Notes: generated from the letters alone by a model not told the origin. A stretch of 64,000 bases of DNA from Candidatus Izemoplasmatales bacterium (GCA_050177605.1 JBFXGX010000004.1:1-64000); one strand, 5' to 3'; shown: positions 30,374 to 42,120, counted from the first letter of the stretch. Numbers and translations are program-made.

Positions 30374-32839
30374 ATGTTAAATACGAAATCTCATCAATTA
30401 CACAAAAAATATAGATATCACTATCTACTTATTTTGTTTGTATTAATTTTTAGTATTACCTTAGTCGGCTGTGAGAAAACGACTGTAAGCACAGACACCA
30501 CTGTGAGTGTTGATTGGGATAAAAACAAATTGTATGCGCCACTTCACACTGTAGAACTATATTATGGGTATAGCACCTGGGAGCCACTCAACTACATCCG
30601 ACTAGTCACAGAAGAGTCACTCTATTTAGGGGATATTACAGTAAGTGGTTACGTTGATGTTACAGTCCTTGGTGAATACGATGTAACTTACTCTATTGAA
30701 CTCTATGGGGAAGAACTAAGTGATACTGTCACTTTTATTGTTATAGATAATGTTGCGCCATCAATCACTTTTACGAGTGATAGTAGCAAGTTTGTTTATG
30801 ATGTTGGAGGAGTGATTGACTTAATGTCTGTCATTACTTCGGTAGACGATAATTATGATTCATTAGATATTAGTAATGTTGAAATAGTTACTGAAATTGA
30901 TGCAATGACTGCAGGGGAGTACGATATTATCTTTCGGATTACTGATTTATCTGGTAATTACCGAGATTATATAAAAACATTCGTTGTCATGGGTTTCACA
31001 CCGGAAACGATTATTACTCATTTAGATGGAATTGAGATTCTAAAATATATCCATTTAGACAATGGTGATGATTTATATATGATTCGCTATCAAAACTTAG
31101 ATCGTCTCTATGTTTTTCATGATGATGAGATTGCTTATTCGAAATCATCCACCATTGGTGTTACCTACATTCTAGATTATTTTGATAGTACCCATGTATT
31201 CATTTCCGAAGTAGCTAAAAATGGTCTCAGCAGTTTTGCGGTGATTTCAGTTTACGACACACAGACGCAAGAAGAATCAAGTTTCACAAGTGGGAATATC
31301 TATCAGATTTCAACCAATCAAGCAAGATATTCTGAAAGAGACAATTATACCTTTATTTTAAAAGATGGATTTGATTTATATCATATCAACCAGGATTTAT
31401 CTTTATCACTGATTTATGATTTTGATGATGATGTTGTTTCTTGGGATGTTTTGATGGTAGATCAGGCGAATGATTTAACTTATTTACAGTATTCATTTAT
31501 TCATGAAGACGGGACGTTAACCACGCTTCTTGTTCATCCTGAAGATGGATCATTAATTCAATCATATAACGAAGAAGTAGAGCTTTCTCCAAAAGTAACT
31601 TGTTATCATGAATTGGTTCTTTTAGTCTATCCTCAACCAGAGGATATCCTTAATCCTTATCGTATCGAAGTATTTGATCAAGACGGTCGTTTAATCTATA
31701 GTCATTCATTGATTCAGTATAATCTATCTGAAGGGAATGCAGCGGTATTCTATCAATCAGAGTCGACAAGATTCGTCTATTCATTTAATGATATTTTTGA
31801 ATTAGTCTCAACCTATTCAACAAAGTCTTTGGTTGATGAAGTTCATTTTGACGCGATAGGAAATGGCTATGTATTACTTTCAGATCAATCGATTGAATGG
31901 ATTCACCCTGACGGTACTGTCACAACTGATAATACAACAGTGAGCCCTCGAGTACTTAATACTTTATCAGAGGAGTTATTTGCTTATGAGGATAATCAAG
32001 TTTATACAGTCTATAATCGTGGAGAGAAAACAACCTTTTCCTGTTCAAAGACCTATACGAATATCTTAAGAGTCGAAACGCCTTCAGGTGATACATTTGT
32101 ACTATATAGTGATGTCTCTTTCAATCAAGTAGAAATGCTTGTTACAAGAGGGGATAACGCACCAGTCTTGGAACAAACGATTTCGTGTTTTGATCATTTT
32201 AATTATGTAAATACGGACATGTCTAATCTCTTATTTATAAGTTCAAATGAAGTTCAAACGATTGCTTTTTACCTAAATGCTGACACGCTTGAATTACAAA
32301 GTGCGACTATAAATTATTCACTTGATTTGACGGATAATGTCAGAATAGTTCGTCACGATTCAGAGATTATCATTCTAAGTAATAAAGGAATGTATATTGC
32401 TCCTTATAATGATTTCAATAACGAACTTCAAGACATCATTTTTGATGCTTATGTTGTGAATGTTTATTTGCTTCTTGATATTGCCTATAATAATAATGAT
32501 TTCTTGTTTATTGAGTATAAAAGCGATGAATGGAAGTATCATAACTCAAGAGTCTATTATGGAAATGTGGAAAATGGACTTGATTATATGGGAATGAGTG
32601 ATTTTGGTGATGCTAGTCTAGATTACTTCATTACGTTTCAACAAGAAGGTGTTAACCTGTTCTTTTTGTATGACGAAAAGATAGATGAAATCTATTATCT
32701 TGAAACATTATCCAATTCACCATTTTATGGAGTGCTTTACAAGGACTTTCTTATCTATGATCCAAATCTACCTGATACACTCATTTATATAGATGTTTTC
32801 ACTTATGATCTTCGTTATTTCGATGGACTCGAAAAGTAA
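30374..32839 (+). CDS. Large lipoprotein with two Ig-like (DUF5011/HYR-like) domains and a beta-rich C-terminus
   Basis: Lipobox LVGC, Thr-rich linker, VDVTVLGEYDVTY / DNYD / AGEYDIIFRITDLSGN; promoter TTGACA-17-TAAAAT at 30323-30351 argues for start 30374. Confidence 0.75.
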   Translation: MLNTKSHQLHKKYRYHYLLILFVLIFSITLVGCEKTTVSTDTTVSVDWDKNKLYAPLHTVELYYGYSTWEPLNYIRLVTEESLYLGDITVSGYVDVTVLGEYDVTYSIELYGEELSDTVTFIVIDNVAPSITFTSDSSKFVYDVGGVIDLMSVITSVDDNYDSLDISNVEIVTEIDAMTAGEYDIIFRITDLSGNYRDYIKTFVVMGFTPETIITHLDGIEILKYIHLDNGDDLYMIRYQNLDRLYVFHDDEIAYSKSSTIGVTYILDYFDSTHVFISEVAKNGLSSFAVISVYDTQTQEESSFTSGNIYQISTNQARYSERDNYTFILKDGFDLYHINQDLSLSLIYDFDDDVVSWDVLMVDQANDLTYLQYSFIHEDGTLTTLLVHPEDGSLIQSYNEEVELSPKVTCYHELVLLVYPQPEDILNPYRIEVFDQDGRLIYSHSLIQYNLSEGNAAVFYQSESTRFVYSFNDIFELVSTYSTKSLVDEVHFDAIGNGYVLLSDQSIEWIHPDGTVTTDNTTVSPRVLNTLSEELFAYEDNQVYTVYNRGEKTTFSCSKTYTNILRVETPSGDTFVLYSDVSFNQVEMLVTRGDNAPVLEQTISCFDHFNYVNTDMSNLLFISSNEVQTIAFYLNADTLELQSATINYSLDLTDNVRIVRHDSEIIILSNKGMYIAPYNDFNNELQDIIFDAYVVNVYLLLDIAYNNNDFLFIEYKSDEWKYHNSRVYYGNVENGLDYMGMSDFGDASLDYFITFQQEGVNLFFLYDEKIDEIYYLETLSNSPFYGVLYKDFLIYDPNLPDTLIYIDVFTYDLRYFDGLEK

Positions 32840-32965
32840 TTGAATATTTTCATGTGTTTTGTTTGATTGTCCTTGCACAAATTCAAGGATTTATAGTAAA
32901 ATGACAATATTAAGATATTAATCTTTTTTAGATTCACTAATATAGATTATCTAGGAGGGGACCTT

Positions 32966-35464
32966 ATGTTTAAGGGAAATCAATTATTGAAAGCATTTAG
33001 GTTATTGTTATTTATTCTTTTTCTAAGCATCTTTACAGTTGGATGTGAGAAGACAACAACGACGACAGAAACAACTACATCCTCTCTTTCAACAAGTTTT
33101 GATTCAGACAGGAATTATATTACTTCGATTCAGGAGACAGTGTACTTAGAAGTCAACACTAAGACCTTTGATCCACTCACCTATATTATACTTGGAACAT
33201 TTGACCAATCGATTACGCTCGATGATGTTATTCTTTCAGGAAGTGTCGATATTGCAAAACTCGGAGAATATACCATCACCTATAAAGTAGTGATTGATGG
33301 GCACTTATTATCTACTTGGGTCAAATTCATCGTTCGTGATACAGTGTTACCTACGATTCAGTTTTCTGAAAGAAGCAGTGATTATGAATATTTAGTTGGT
33401 TCAAATATCAATTATTTATCTCTAATTATTGCTCTCGATGATAATTATAAGACATTAACAGTAGATGACGTGGAGGTGGTAAATTACGCTGACACAACAA
33501 CACCAGGAGATTATTCTGTAACATATAAAATCACAGATAAAGCTGGAAATTATCGGTCATATACAAAGTCTTTTAAGATTGTGCCGCTTACTTCATCAAC
33601 CATTCTCAATCAACAGTATAATATTGAACTCTATGATTTTGTGGCCCTAGATAACGGCAATATGATGTTTGTCGCAAGAATTTTAAATATTGTACAGGTC
33701 ATTGTTTTCGAAGAAGACACAGTCGTATTTTCTATGACTGAGGATTTGATGTCTGATCAATTTTTTCAAATTGATGAAATCAATTCTAACCAGATATTAA
33801 TCAGTGTAACCTCCGAATATTATGTCTATCCTTATACATATATCTATGTTTATGATGTGGCTTCACATGAAGCAACTTATTTTATGAATGGTAGTGTTTA
33901 CGTTATTTCGGGAAATGAAGATCAATATTCAGAAAGGTCATACTATTATTTAATCTTAACAGGAGATAATGCTGTTTATTTACTAAATGCTGATTTATCA
34001 CTAGATTTACTATTTGAACTTGAGGATATATTTTTTATCGAAAGCATTGAGTATGTAGAAAACCTTGATGACACAGCAATTGACGTGTTTGTGTTTAATC
34101 TGCAATCTTTTATGGGGATGTATAATACGCTTGTCATAGATTTGACGAATGGAATACTAGTTGAAAGAATTGATTCAGCTACGAAAAATGACGTGGATGT
34201 AGAAGTATGGGATAATCATATTTTTGTCCTATCAGCCTATGATAGTGTAAATCCAAGTTACCTTTCTATCTGGGACACGGAACATACCAGTAATTTTGGT
34301 TCAATGTTGATATCTTATCAACTATCAACCATTGGAGAAGATCATATCATTCAATATTGGGTGAAATTTGAAGACATAAATTGTGTTTTGACGCTAGATA
34401 GTGAGTATCATCCTATCGGATCATATACTATCGAAGGAGAGGCCACTGTAGAGTTTGATAATCAAGGGAATGCATATGTTTTTAAATACAATAGTGTCGG
34501 GATAGACATTATACAAAAAGACGGCTCAGTCACTAGTGTTTCTACAGACTTTGGTCAAATCATCTATGATTTATATAGTGATGAGGTAGTTAGCTTCTAT
34601 GATGGAGATACCGTTTATATCTATGATCAAGGAGAATTAACAACATTTGAAACGAGCGTTTCATATTTAGAAATAATTAAAATCGATTCTAGTGTCAGTG
34701 CGACCTCTTATCTTCTTTATAGCGATCCTATCGATAATCATACAACAATCGCCATCTTAAATAAAGAAACAGGGGAGTCTAGTGAATTTGTACTTGATAC
34801 TTACTTTACGATGACTTATCTAGACCATGTTGAGTCCTATTATCTGTTTTTAAGTTATGGAAATCAAAATACCTATTTATATTTAATTGATGTAGATAAT
34901 CAGACCGTTCAAATGGTTAATTTATCTTATAGTTTTAATGAATTGAATCAAGTGACGATGAATGTATCTGGTGATCAGGTAATCATTTGTAGCACAAAGG
35001 GACTTTACGTTGCTTTGTTAAATGATTTCGAGAATCCTCTAGTGAATGTCAAGTTTGAGAAAGAGGCTAACTTCATTAATCTTGTGATGGATATTAACAC
35101 AGTGAACGGATACGATTTGTTAATGATGGAAGTTCCATCATCAATCAGGAATCAAACAGATGTTGTGACATATTATGGAAATATTGAAGATGGTTTAGAT
35201 TCGATGTTACGTCATTTTATGGCATTCATGAAATACGATTATTTAGTTATTCAACCAGCAGAAGAAGGGCCAATCATTTATCTTTTTGATCCTTCCAGTT
35301 TTCAACTATGTCCAGTGAGTTTAGATACGAATACACGTGTAGAAACTGCGATTGATAAGAATCGTGTATGGTTCACTCGAAGCTACTTTGATGGAACATA
35401 TCAACTGACTTTTTTTGAAGCCAATATCTATGATGGTTATCTTTTTGAATTACAACCTCGATAG
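32966..35464 (+). CDS. Paralogous large lipoprotein with Ig-like domains
   Basis: Lipobox TVGC, poly-Thr linker, shared motifs YSER, D..GN.YV, YYGN.E.GLD with the preceding gene. Confidence 0.75.
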   Translation: MFKGNQLLKAFRLLLFILFLSIFTVGCEKTTTTTETTTSSLSTSFDSDRNYITSIQETVYLEVNTKTFDPLTYIILGTFDQSITLDDVILSGSVDIAKLGEYTITYKVVIDGHLLSTWVKFIVRDTVLPTIQFSERSSDYEYLVGSNINYLSLIIALDDNYKTLTVDDVEVVNYADTTTPGDYSVTYKITDKAGNYRSYTKSFKIVPLTSSTILNQQYNIELYDFVALDNGNMMFVARILNIVQVIVFEEDTVVFSMTEDLMSDQFFQIDEINSNQILISVTSEYYVYPYTYIYVYDVASHEATYFMNGSVYVISGNEDQYSERSYYYLILTGDNAVYLLNADLSLDLLFELEDIFFIESIEYVENLDDTAIDVFVFNLQSFMGMYNTLVIDLTNGILVERIDSATKNDVDVEVWDNHIFVLSAYDSVNPSYLSIWDTEHTSNFGSMLISYQLSTIGEDHIIQYWVKFEDINCVLTLDSEYHPIGSYTIEGEATVEFDNQGNAYVFKYNSVGIDIIQKDGSVTSVSTDFGQIIYDLYSDEVVSFYDGDTVYIYDQGELTTFETSVSYLEIIKIDSSVSATSYLLYSDPIDNHTTIAILNKETGESSEFVLDTYFTMTYLDHVESYYLFLSYGNQNTYLYLIDVDNQTVQMVNLSYSFNELNQVTMNVSGDQVIICSTKGLYVALLNDFENPLVNVKFEKEANFINLVMDINTVNGYDLLMMEVPSSIRNQTDVVTYYGNIEDGLDSMLRHFMAFMKYDYLVIQPAEEGPIIYLFDPSSFQLCPVSLDTNTRVETAIDKNRVWFTRSYFDGTYQLTFFEANIYDGYLFELQPR

Positions 35465-35495
35465 TGATAGGCTATTTTTGAATCTTGGAGGAATT

Positions 35496-35687
35496 ATGGA
35501 TTTATTATTATCAATTTTGAAATGGAGTATGATTCTATTAATATTGATTATTTTCATCGCAATGAAGCAAGAAATTCTGTTCAAAGATTCAAAGAAACTA
35601 AACTAGATTACAATATTGATTTTGTATATTGTATTTGTTGTTTTCTTTGTACTAAACGATTATTACCATTTTCTTAGTATTCACTAA
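35496..35687 (+). pseudogene. Small 2-TM membrane protein interrupted by an in-frame TAG at 35604-35606
   Basis: SD GGAGG; MDLLLSILKWSMILLILIIFIAMKQEILFKDSKKLN*ITILILYIVFVVFFVLNDYYHFLSIH*; terminator-like hairpin at ~35704-35739. Confidence 0.5.
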
Positions 35688-35982
35688 GTAATATTTGATC
35701 CAAAAAAAATGCAATCCTCATATGAAGATTGCTTTTTTTAGAAAACAATGCGCATTTAATAATGAAAATACAATTACTTTTTTCTTTATTTTTATATATA
35801 TTTATTGTATGATGAAGATGTAAATTAAATTCGTAGCCTTGTATCATTTTCGCATTACGACATTTGTGCTCTGTATTAATTTTTTTGCTGTTCTAAAATT
35901 ATGAATGTAGTGTAGCAGAAAAAAGGGATGATAATTTAGCATTATATACCCACAATTTTATATTTATATGGAGAATATAGAC

Positions 35983-38400
35983 ATGATTGAATTAAAAAAC
36001 ATAAAGAAAACATATCTATTAAAAAAGGGACATTCGATAATTGCTCTTCATGATATCACTCTATCTTTGCCTAGTACAGGATTAATATCCATTGTAGGGC
36101 GTAGCGGTAGCGGGAAATCAACATTACTCAATCTTTTAGGAGGTATTGATACTCAAGATAGTGGACAAATTATCATTAATGGTACTGACCTTGGACTATT
36201 TACGGATACGGATTGGGACAATTATCGGCAAACTTCAGTTGGCTTTGTTTTTCAAGATTACCATTTAATTCAAGAACTGTCTGTATATGAAAATATAGCT
36301 CTCGGGATACGTATTTCCAGTCAGTCAGAAGAAGGCTTGTATGAAGACATTAAGAGGATTTTACATGAACTGGATATGGAATCATATATTGATAATAAGG
36401 TAAATCAATTAAGTGGTGGGCAGATGCAAAGGGTAGCAATAGCTCGAGCTATCATTAAGAAACCTCGTATACTACTTGCGGATGAACCAACAGGTAATTT
36501 AGATGATGACAATGCCAAAGTGATTATGTCTATTTTAAAATCACTTTCCAAAGAGATTCTTGTCGTTCTTGTGACCCATGATAAAGATATGGCGAATGAT
36601 TTTTCTGATCAAGTAGTTAAATTATCAAGTGGCAAGATCGATAGTATTAGTATAAATGAGACAAAAACAATGAAAGATGAGAATCCTGTCAATTTATTAG
36701 CTCGCGAGAAAATAGTATTCAACAAGATTCCTCGTCCTTATATTTTTCAACTACTTAAAATGAATTTGTTATTAAATAAAACAAGGGTATTGCTGACTGC
36801 GATTTTATTCACAATGTCGATCATTCTATCCTATTTAGTATTATCGATTGTATTTTTTAATTACCCAGAGGTTTCATCAAAAACATTTATTGCGAATGAT
36901 ATGACTAGGATTACCTTTAATTACAATGATGATTGTGGTGGTTTTTGTAGTTCTGAAAATCGTTTATTATATCAAAAGATGACTTCTCTTCAAGAAGAAT
37001 ATACTGATTACCGTTTTTTTTATCTCCTCAACAATGCTATTTATTTTGATGATTTTGAAACCAGCATTTCTGATAATTCAGGTGACTTTATTGTCAGTAG
37101 AACCATTAATCAAGTTGCACTATATTCGGAATCTCTAGACATAGATCTTTTATATGGTTCGACTTCAAACGAACCCAATGAAATATTGATTACTGACTAC
37201 GTTGCGGACATGTTGATTCGTAATCGGATTTTATCAGTTTCTACGATAGAAGAAGCGATATCAAAACATGTATCAATTCCTGTTTTTGGATCTTTAGTCG
37301 ATTTTGTTATTGTAGGAATTCTTGATACCGATTATGAAACTTATGATGTGCCTGTAGATGACTTAAGTCAATTTGATATTTCAACTTTTTATTCGAATCT
37401 TAACACAATATATAGCATGATCTATTTCAGCGAGGATAACCTCCAGTATTGCTTTGGACAGTCAGGTTCCTTTCTAGTATATCTTGTTGATTCAATGAAT
37501 CAAATGTATATTAACCAAGTCGGTAATTTTGATTATCTAGAACAAAAATACGATAATCTTATATTGTATGGAAACAATCCAATTTCCAATAAGGATATTG
37601 TTATTCCTTTATCTTTGTTGATTAATCTTAACAAAATTGATTATACTACCTTTGACGCTGACCAAACGCTTTATCTGAACGAATGGATTGGACAGACCGT
37701 TAACTTTAGTGAGTTTGATGAATCCTATACACCATCCATTGATGGATATATAATTTCTGGTGTTGTGGATGACCGCGGATTTGAGAGCGAAGATTACGGG
37801 AATAGAATAATTCTTGTGAACAATGAACTATTCAAACAAGAAATGCTTACATATGCATTTTCTATAAATGCCAACGGTCAAGTAGAATATCATTCTCAAA
37901 CATCCTTATTGCCGGAGATTATCTCTAATTTAATGGATGCGGGTTATTATCATTCATTCGTCTACCTTAATGATTTTTATGGGACTATATTACAACTTCG
38001 AGAACTAATTTTAGTGATAGCTTCCTTTTTAGTGATATGGATTTTAGGGCAAATTTTGTTGTATACATCAAATGCTGTGAAAGCTCGACAAAAACAAATC
38101 GGCATTTTAAGAACATTAGGTGCATCTAAATCCGAATGTAACCAATTGTTCAGTTTAGAGATTATTGGAACAGTGTTTATTTCGTATTTAGTTTCATTTC
38201 CATTGATATGGATTTTTAATCAATGGATGGATCATTATCTATCGAGCATTTATGACTACAGTTTTGTTATTTTTTACTACTCATTCGATAAGATTGTACT
38301 GATTATTATTATTACGATGTTGATCTCACTTGGAAGCTCAATTTTAGCAATCAAGAAGTTAACCAAAAAGAATCCAATGAATACGATTCGGCAGACTTGA
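35983..38400 (+). CDS. Fused ABC transporter ATPase/FtsX-type permease (MacB-like)
   Basis: GRSGSGKST, LSGGQMQR, LADEPTGNLD, VTHD; C-terminal IGILRTLGA permease domain. Confidence 0.9.
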   Translation: MIELKNIKKTYLLKKGHSIIALHDITLSLPSTGLISIVGRSGSGKSTLLNLLGGIDTQDSGQIIINGTDLGLFTDTDWDNYRQTSVGFVFQDYHLIQELSVYENIALGIRISSQSEEGLYEDIKRILHELDMESYIDNKVNQLSGGQMQRVAIARAIIKKPRILLADEPTGNLDDDNAKVIMSILKSLSKEILVVLVTHDKDMANDFSDQVVKLSSGKIDSISINETKTMKDENPVNLLAREKIVFNKIPRPYIFQLLKMNLLLNKTRVLLTAILFTMSIILSYLVLSIVFFNYPEVSSKTFIANDMTRITFNYNDDCGGFCSSENRLLYQKMTSLQEEYTDYRFFYLLNNAIYFDDFETSISDNSGDFIVSRTINQVALYSESLDIDLLYGSTSNEPNEILITDYVADMLIRNRILSVSTIEEAISKHVSIPVFGSLVDFVIVGILDTDYETYDVPVDDLSQFDISTFYSNLNTIYSMIYFSEDNLQYCFGQSGSFLVYLVDSMNQMYINQVGNFDYLEQKYDNLILYGNNPISNKDIVIPLSLLINLNKIDYTTFDADQTLYLNEWIGQTVNFSEFDESYTPSIDGYIISGVVDDRGFESEDYGNRIILVNNELFKQEMLTYAFSINANGQVEYHSQTSLLPEIISNLMDAGYYHSFVYLNDFYGTILQLRELILVIASFLVIWILGQILLYTSNAVKARQKQIGILRTLGASKSECNQLFSLEIIGTVFISYLVSFPLIWIFNQWMDHYLSSIYDYSFVIFYYSFDKIVLIIIITMLISLGSSILAIKKLTKKNPMNTIRQT

Positions 38401-38423
38401 ATATTCTTACTGAATGCAAAAAG

Positions 38424-38471
38424 AAAATTACCAATTGAGATGAAAGGCACCAACAATTGGTAATTTTTTTT
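38424..38471 (+). terminator. Intrinsic terminator
   Basis: 14-bp stem AAAATTACCAATTG/CAATTGGTAATTTT plus T-run. Confidence 0.75.
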
Positions 38472-38682
38472 ATTTTCGCCTTAATTTTATAAAGGATTGT
38501 AATATTATAGATAGAGTAGACTAGATATAAAGATATTTTTATATTCATATATAGGTAACTCTATTTGAGAATTATCATTATATCGATAGACTTAATTGTA
38601 ATTGGTCGACAATATCTTGTTTGATTTAGGACAAGTATGTCTTTTAGCAATAACTCATTAGTATTTGAATAGATATTTATAT

Positions 38683-38719
38683 AAAAAGTATGACTCTATT
38701 GATAGAATCATACTTTTTT
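38683..38719. terminator. Bidirectional terminator
   Basis: AAAAAGTATGA-c-TCTAT/ATAGA-a-TCATACTTTTT. Confidence 0.75.
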
Positions 38720-38753
38720 CTATTTAATTACTTATAGTTAAGAAGAAGTCATG

Positions 38754-41735
38754 TTACTCTACTTTACTGATGGAAGGAATGACTAATACCAGTAAGGTTT
38801 CTGTGTATCCAGGAGTAAACTCAATATAGTAATTTCCTGGAGCGAGCGTCACACTGTTCATCCAATCGTAGCTAATTACACTACCACTACTATCATATAA
38901 TTCCGCATTTTGGTATGAATAACCAAAATCAGAATAGATCGTTTCTAAAGTATAACTGCCGGAGGAAGTAATTGTAAAGTTTACATGTGCAATTGGACTT
39001 TCTTCAGTCATCCAAAGAATTGGAGAAGTTGATAAATCCACCCAATCATAGGTATTATCAAAAGCGCCAGTAGGAACCGAAATATATTCATACGTAAATC
39101 CAAAAGTTCCAGAGAAATAACCATTTAATTGTAAATCAATCTCTGTGTCTTTTGGAAGATATAAGTAACAAGGCTCTGGTTCAAACATACTTGTAAGATT
39201 AAATCCACCATAGATATGAAGCTCCTCCAGTTGTTCATCCACCATGAGCATATCATCTTCACTCATATCCGAAACCAAATAAGGATGAATGATTAAGACA
39301 CGGTCTTCATTGCTAGATGGAACAGTAATAGTACTGCCTGAGATTCCTTCTAAAACGACGGTTGCTTCAAATGTACCATCAAATGGATCCAAATCAAAGT
39401 AATAAAATTCTGGTAGGTAGAAATCATCAATATAAATATCTGCACTTTGTGAAAAAGGACAATATATTTTAAGGTAATAATATCCATCATTTGGGGCGGT
39501 AAACGTGCCATCAAATTCTATCACATTCATGTCTTCATCCATAACCGTGATTGAAGGGTTACTATAATCTGCTCGTACTGTAACGCTATAGTTTCCTGCT
39601 TTCAGATCTAGTTTCATATAGGAATATCCTGCACCCAGTACATATCTACCACTCGATGGGCCTGTGTTAAACAAAATGTTATCAATGGATTGTGGAAGTT
39701 GGAATATAAGATATCCTAAATCCAGTGGAGAAATCACAGTGACTTCTTCAACAGTTGTCACTTCAGTAGAAGTGATTTCTACAAGGAATTCATCCATGGA
39801 TAATCCGGTAATTTCAAAGGAGATTTGATAAGATGAATAATCTTCACTAAATGTATAAGTTATTTTGATATCTTGATCAGATAAGCCATTGATTCCTTCT
39901 TGCTGGAACAGTGTATTTAAATCGACACCATTACTTCCAAGGAACTTTGAAGTTACCATGAGTTCATAGGTTGTATCATTTACTTTCGTGACGGTTCTTA
40001 CATAAGAAAAATCACCACTATTAAAAACTTCGTTAAACTGTTCAAAGAATTTTTCAGAACTTGCTTCTTCAGAGAGAATATTATAACGGACTACGGGACC
40101 ATCGATTTCGTATTCGACAAGATTTCCTTTTGTACCATCGATGTAATAACTATATTCTTCAAAGACGCCACTACCAGAAATCCTTGTATAGTTTCTGATA
40201 TACATTTGAACAAGATCGATGCTTAGTGAATTCTCTGAAGAAGTTGTCGCAAGAACGTTATGATCATTATCAAGTATTTTAATCAACGTTGTAGAAGTAG
40301 AACTTAGACTTGGGGTGGTGTTTAGATGATTTGCGAAGGAGGATAATGCTGCACTAAAGCTAGCGACATCTCCAGTTGCAACAATTGGTTCTTCATTGAG
40401 TCCTTCTAAATCATTTCGAATATCTTGATCGATGTAAAGGTACAGCTCTCGATGTAAATCAGTAGCGAAGAAATCAAGATTGTCGACGCTGAATTTACTC
40501 TTTATTTGTTCGAAACTATCAATATCAACAAGATTAAAGAATTCGATGTTTGCTTTTGGATGATCTAGATTCATACCATATTGATTTAGACTAAAGATTT
40601 CATTGGTCAAATCTTCTTTACTGTCTAGATGAATCCATAAACCAAGATGTCCATAGGTAGGGGTATAAGTATAATTAAACCAATCATCATATATCTTTGT
40701 GCCATCATTTAAAAAGATTCCGGTTAGGGGGTCAATTTCTTCACTGGAAGCGTCACTCGCCACGACATAGTCCCAACCTGTTGCAGTAACGAAATTGACT
40801 TGAAGACGGATGGCGTTATTATAGTCTTCATAGCGATACACTTGACCATATTCATCGAATATATCATACGTTTCATTGATGATTTCATCACCTACCACAG
40901 TTAAATAGGACTGGGTATTGAGTGCTCGGTCATAGAAATTCAAGATGTATCCATTTTGAGCTTCTTCAATTCCTTCTAGTGAATCTCCTGTAGAGATTGT
41001 AAATTGTTGGTCACGCTCAATACTGGTGTATTGTACACTAGAGTTTCCGCTTGAATAGACAATATGAGTTGCTTCTTTATTTTCAATGAACTTAAATAAA
41101 GTAAAGTCCATTTCAATCTCATCTTTTGGACTTAAGGAATTGCCAGCGTAATAGTAGGTTAATTCTGAGTATTCTAATAAGTCTTCATTTAATCCTATTT
41201 TTAAGTATAAATGCATTGTGTCTACTAAAGCATCAATGAGGATATATCCCTCTTCTGAGAGGATAAGGGTGAATGTTTTGTCCTCTTGATCTAAAGGATG
41301 AAAAGGCTCAAATAAAGGAATATCTTCTTGGTCTTCAATTAATTCTTTAATATAAGATACAAAGGCTTGTGTTGTGACGAGTTGTTCTAGATAGGAGTCA
41401 TACACCATATCAAAATGAGTATTATAATGTGAAGCGAGAATTTCTTCTCTTGTGATTGTTTTGATCCAGTCATTCACATCATTTGAAAGGGTAGGGTTGA
41501 TATGAGATGTTTTTGGTGCCCATCTAGGTTCGATAGGATCACTACCTACAATCTCATTGAGTCGTGATTCATATACGACGATATCTTCATAAAATTCTTG
41601 AATCGAAATAGAGGTGTTTGAAGAAGTCGTTGTACTGTCCTCATTTTGAGTCGTAGTTGTATCCTCTTTTTGATTACATCCGATGAAGGTAGTTGTTAGT
41701 AAGATAAGGAAGATGGTTACAATATATTTTTTCAT
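38754..41735 (-). CDS. Large acidic lipoprotein with C-terminal beta-sandwich (PPC-like) modules
   Basis: Lipobox FIGC, EDTTTT linker, repeated L.AGNY / APNDGYYYL / LAPGNYYIEF motifs. Confidence 0.7.
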   Translation of the reverse strand: MKKYIVTIFLILLTTTFIGCNQKEDTTTTQNEDSTTTSSNTSISIQEFYEDIVVYESRLNEIVGSDPIEPRWAPKTSHINPTLSNDVNDWIKTITREEILASHYNTHFDMVYDSYLEQLVTTQAFVSYIKELIEDQEDIPLFEPFHPLDQEDKTFTLILSEEGYILIDALVDTMHLYLKIGLNEDLLEYSELTYYYAGNSLSPKDEIEMDFTLFKFIENKEATHIVYSSGNSSVQYTSIERDQQFTISTGDSLEGIEEAQNGYILNFYDRALNTQSYLTVVGDEIINETYDIFDEYGQVYRYEDYNNAIRLQVNFVTATGWDYVVASDASSEEIDPLTGIFLNDGTKIYDDWFNYTYTPTYGHLGLWIHLDSKEDLTNEIFSLNQYGMNLDHPKANIEFFNLVDIDSFEQIKSKFSVDNLDFFATDLHRELYLYIDQDIRNDLEGLNEEPIVATGDVASFSAALSSFANHLNTTPSLSSTSTTLIKILDNDHNVLATTSSENSLSIDLVQMYIRNYTRISGSGVFEEYSYYIDGTKGNLVEYEIDGPVVRYNILSEEASSEKFFEQFNEVFNSGDFSYVRTVTKVNDTTYELMVTSKFLGSNGVDLNTLFQQEGINGLSDQDIKITYTFSEDYSSYQISFEITGLSMDEFLVEITSTEVTTVEEVTVISPLDLGYLIFQLPQSIDNILFNTGPSSGRYVLGAGYSYMKLDLKAGNYSVTVRADYSNPSITVMDEDMNVIEFDGTFTAPNDGYYYLKIYCPFSQSADIYIDDFYLPEFYYFDLDPFDGTFEATVVLEGISGSTITVPSSNEDRVLIIHPYLVSDMSEDDMLMVDEQLEELHIYGGFNLTSMFEPEPCYLYLPKDTEIDLQLNGYFSGTFGFTYEYISVPTGAFDNTYDWVDLSTSPILWMTEESPIAHVNFTITSSGSYTLETIYSDFGYSYQNAELYDSSGSVISYDWMNSVTLAPGNYYIEFTPGYTETLLVLVIPSISKVE

Positions 41736-42120
41736 TTTATATCCTCTTTACAATCTATATATTTTGAAAGCTTATAATTCATTATATCACTTGGCAAATA
41801 ATTATTATAGTCTGTATTAGAGGAAATTATATTATTATTGTTTGTAGATTAGTTATTCTCTAATATCTACTTTTCTTTTTTATCAAATAGGTATAAAATA
41901 GTCAAGAAGACTAGATATAAATACAACTTTATATCTTCATTTGCGGGGGTAAAAACAAAAAATCGAGATTCCCTTGAGTCTCCTGTTATGAAATTTGTAA
42001 TACTACTTAATGAAGTGTTGTCAACAGCAACATTTATAAAAGACAAATATATCAATGTTAAAAATTACTAAGTTCTATAGATCGTTATTGTAGAAAAATA
42101 TTCATTTTGAAAGGGAACAT

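Noticed and set aside
38480..38680. Possible small RNA between two terminators
   Set aside because: Only one weak AT-rich hairpin (GACA...CTTGT/ACAAG...TGTC); not enough support
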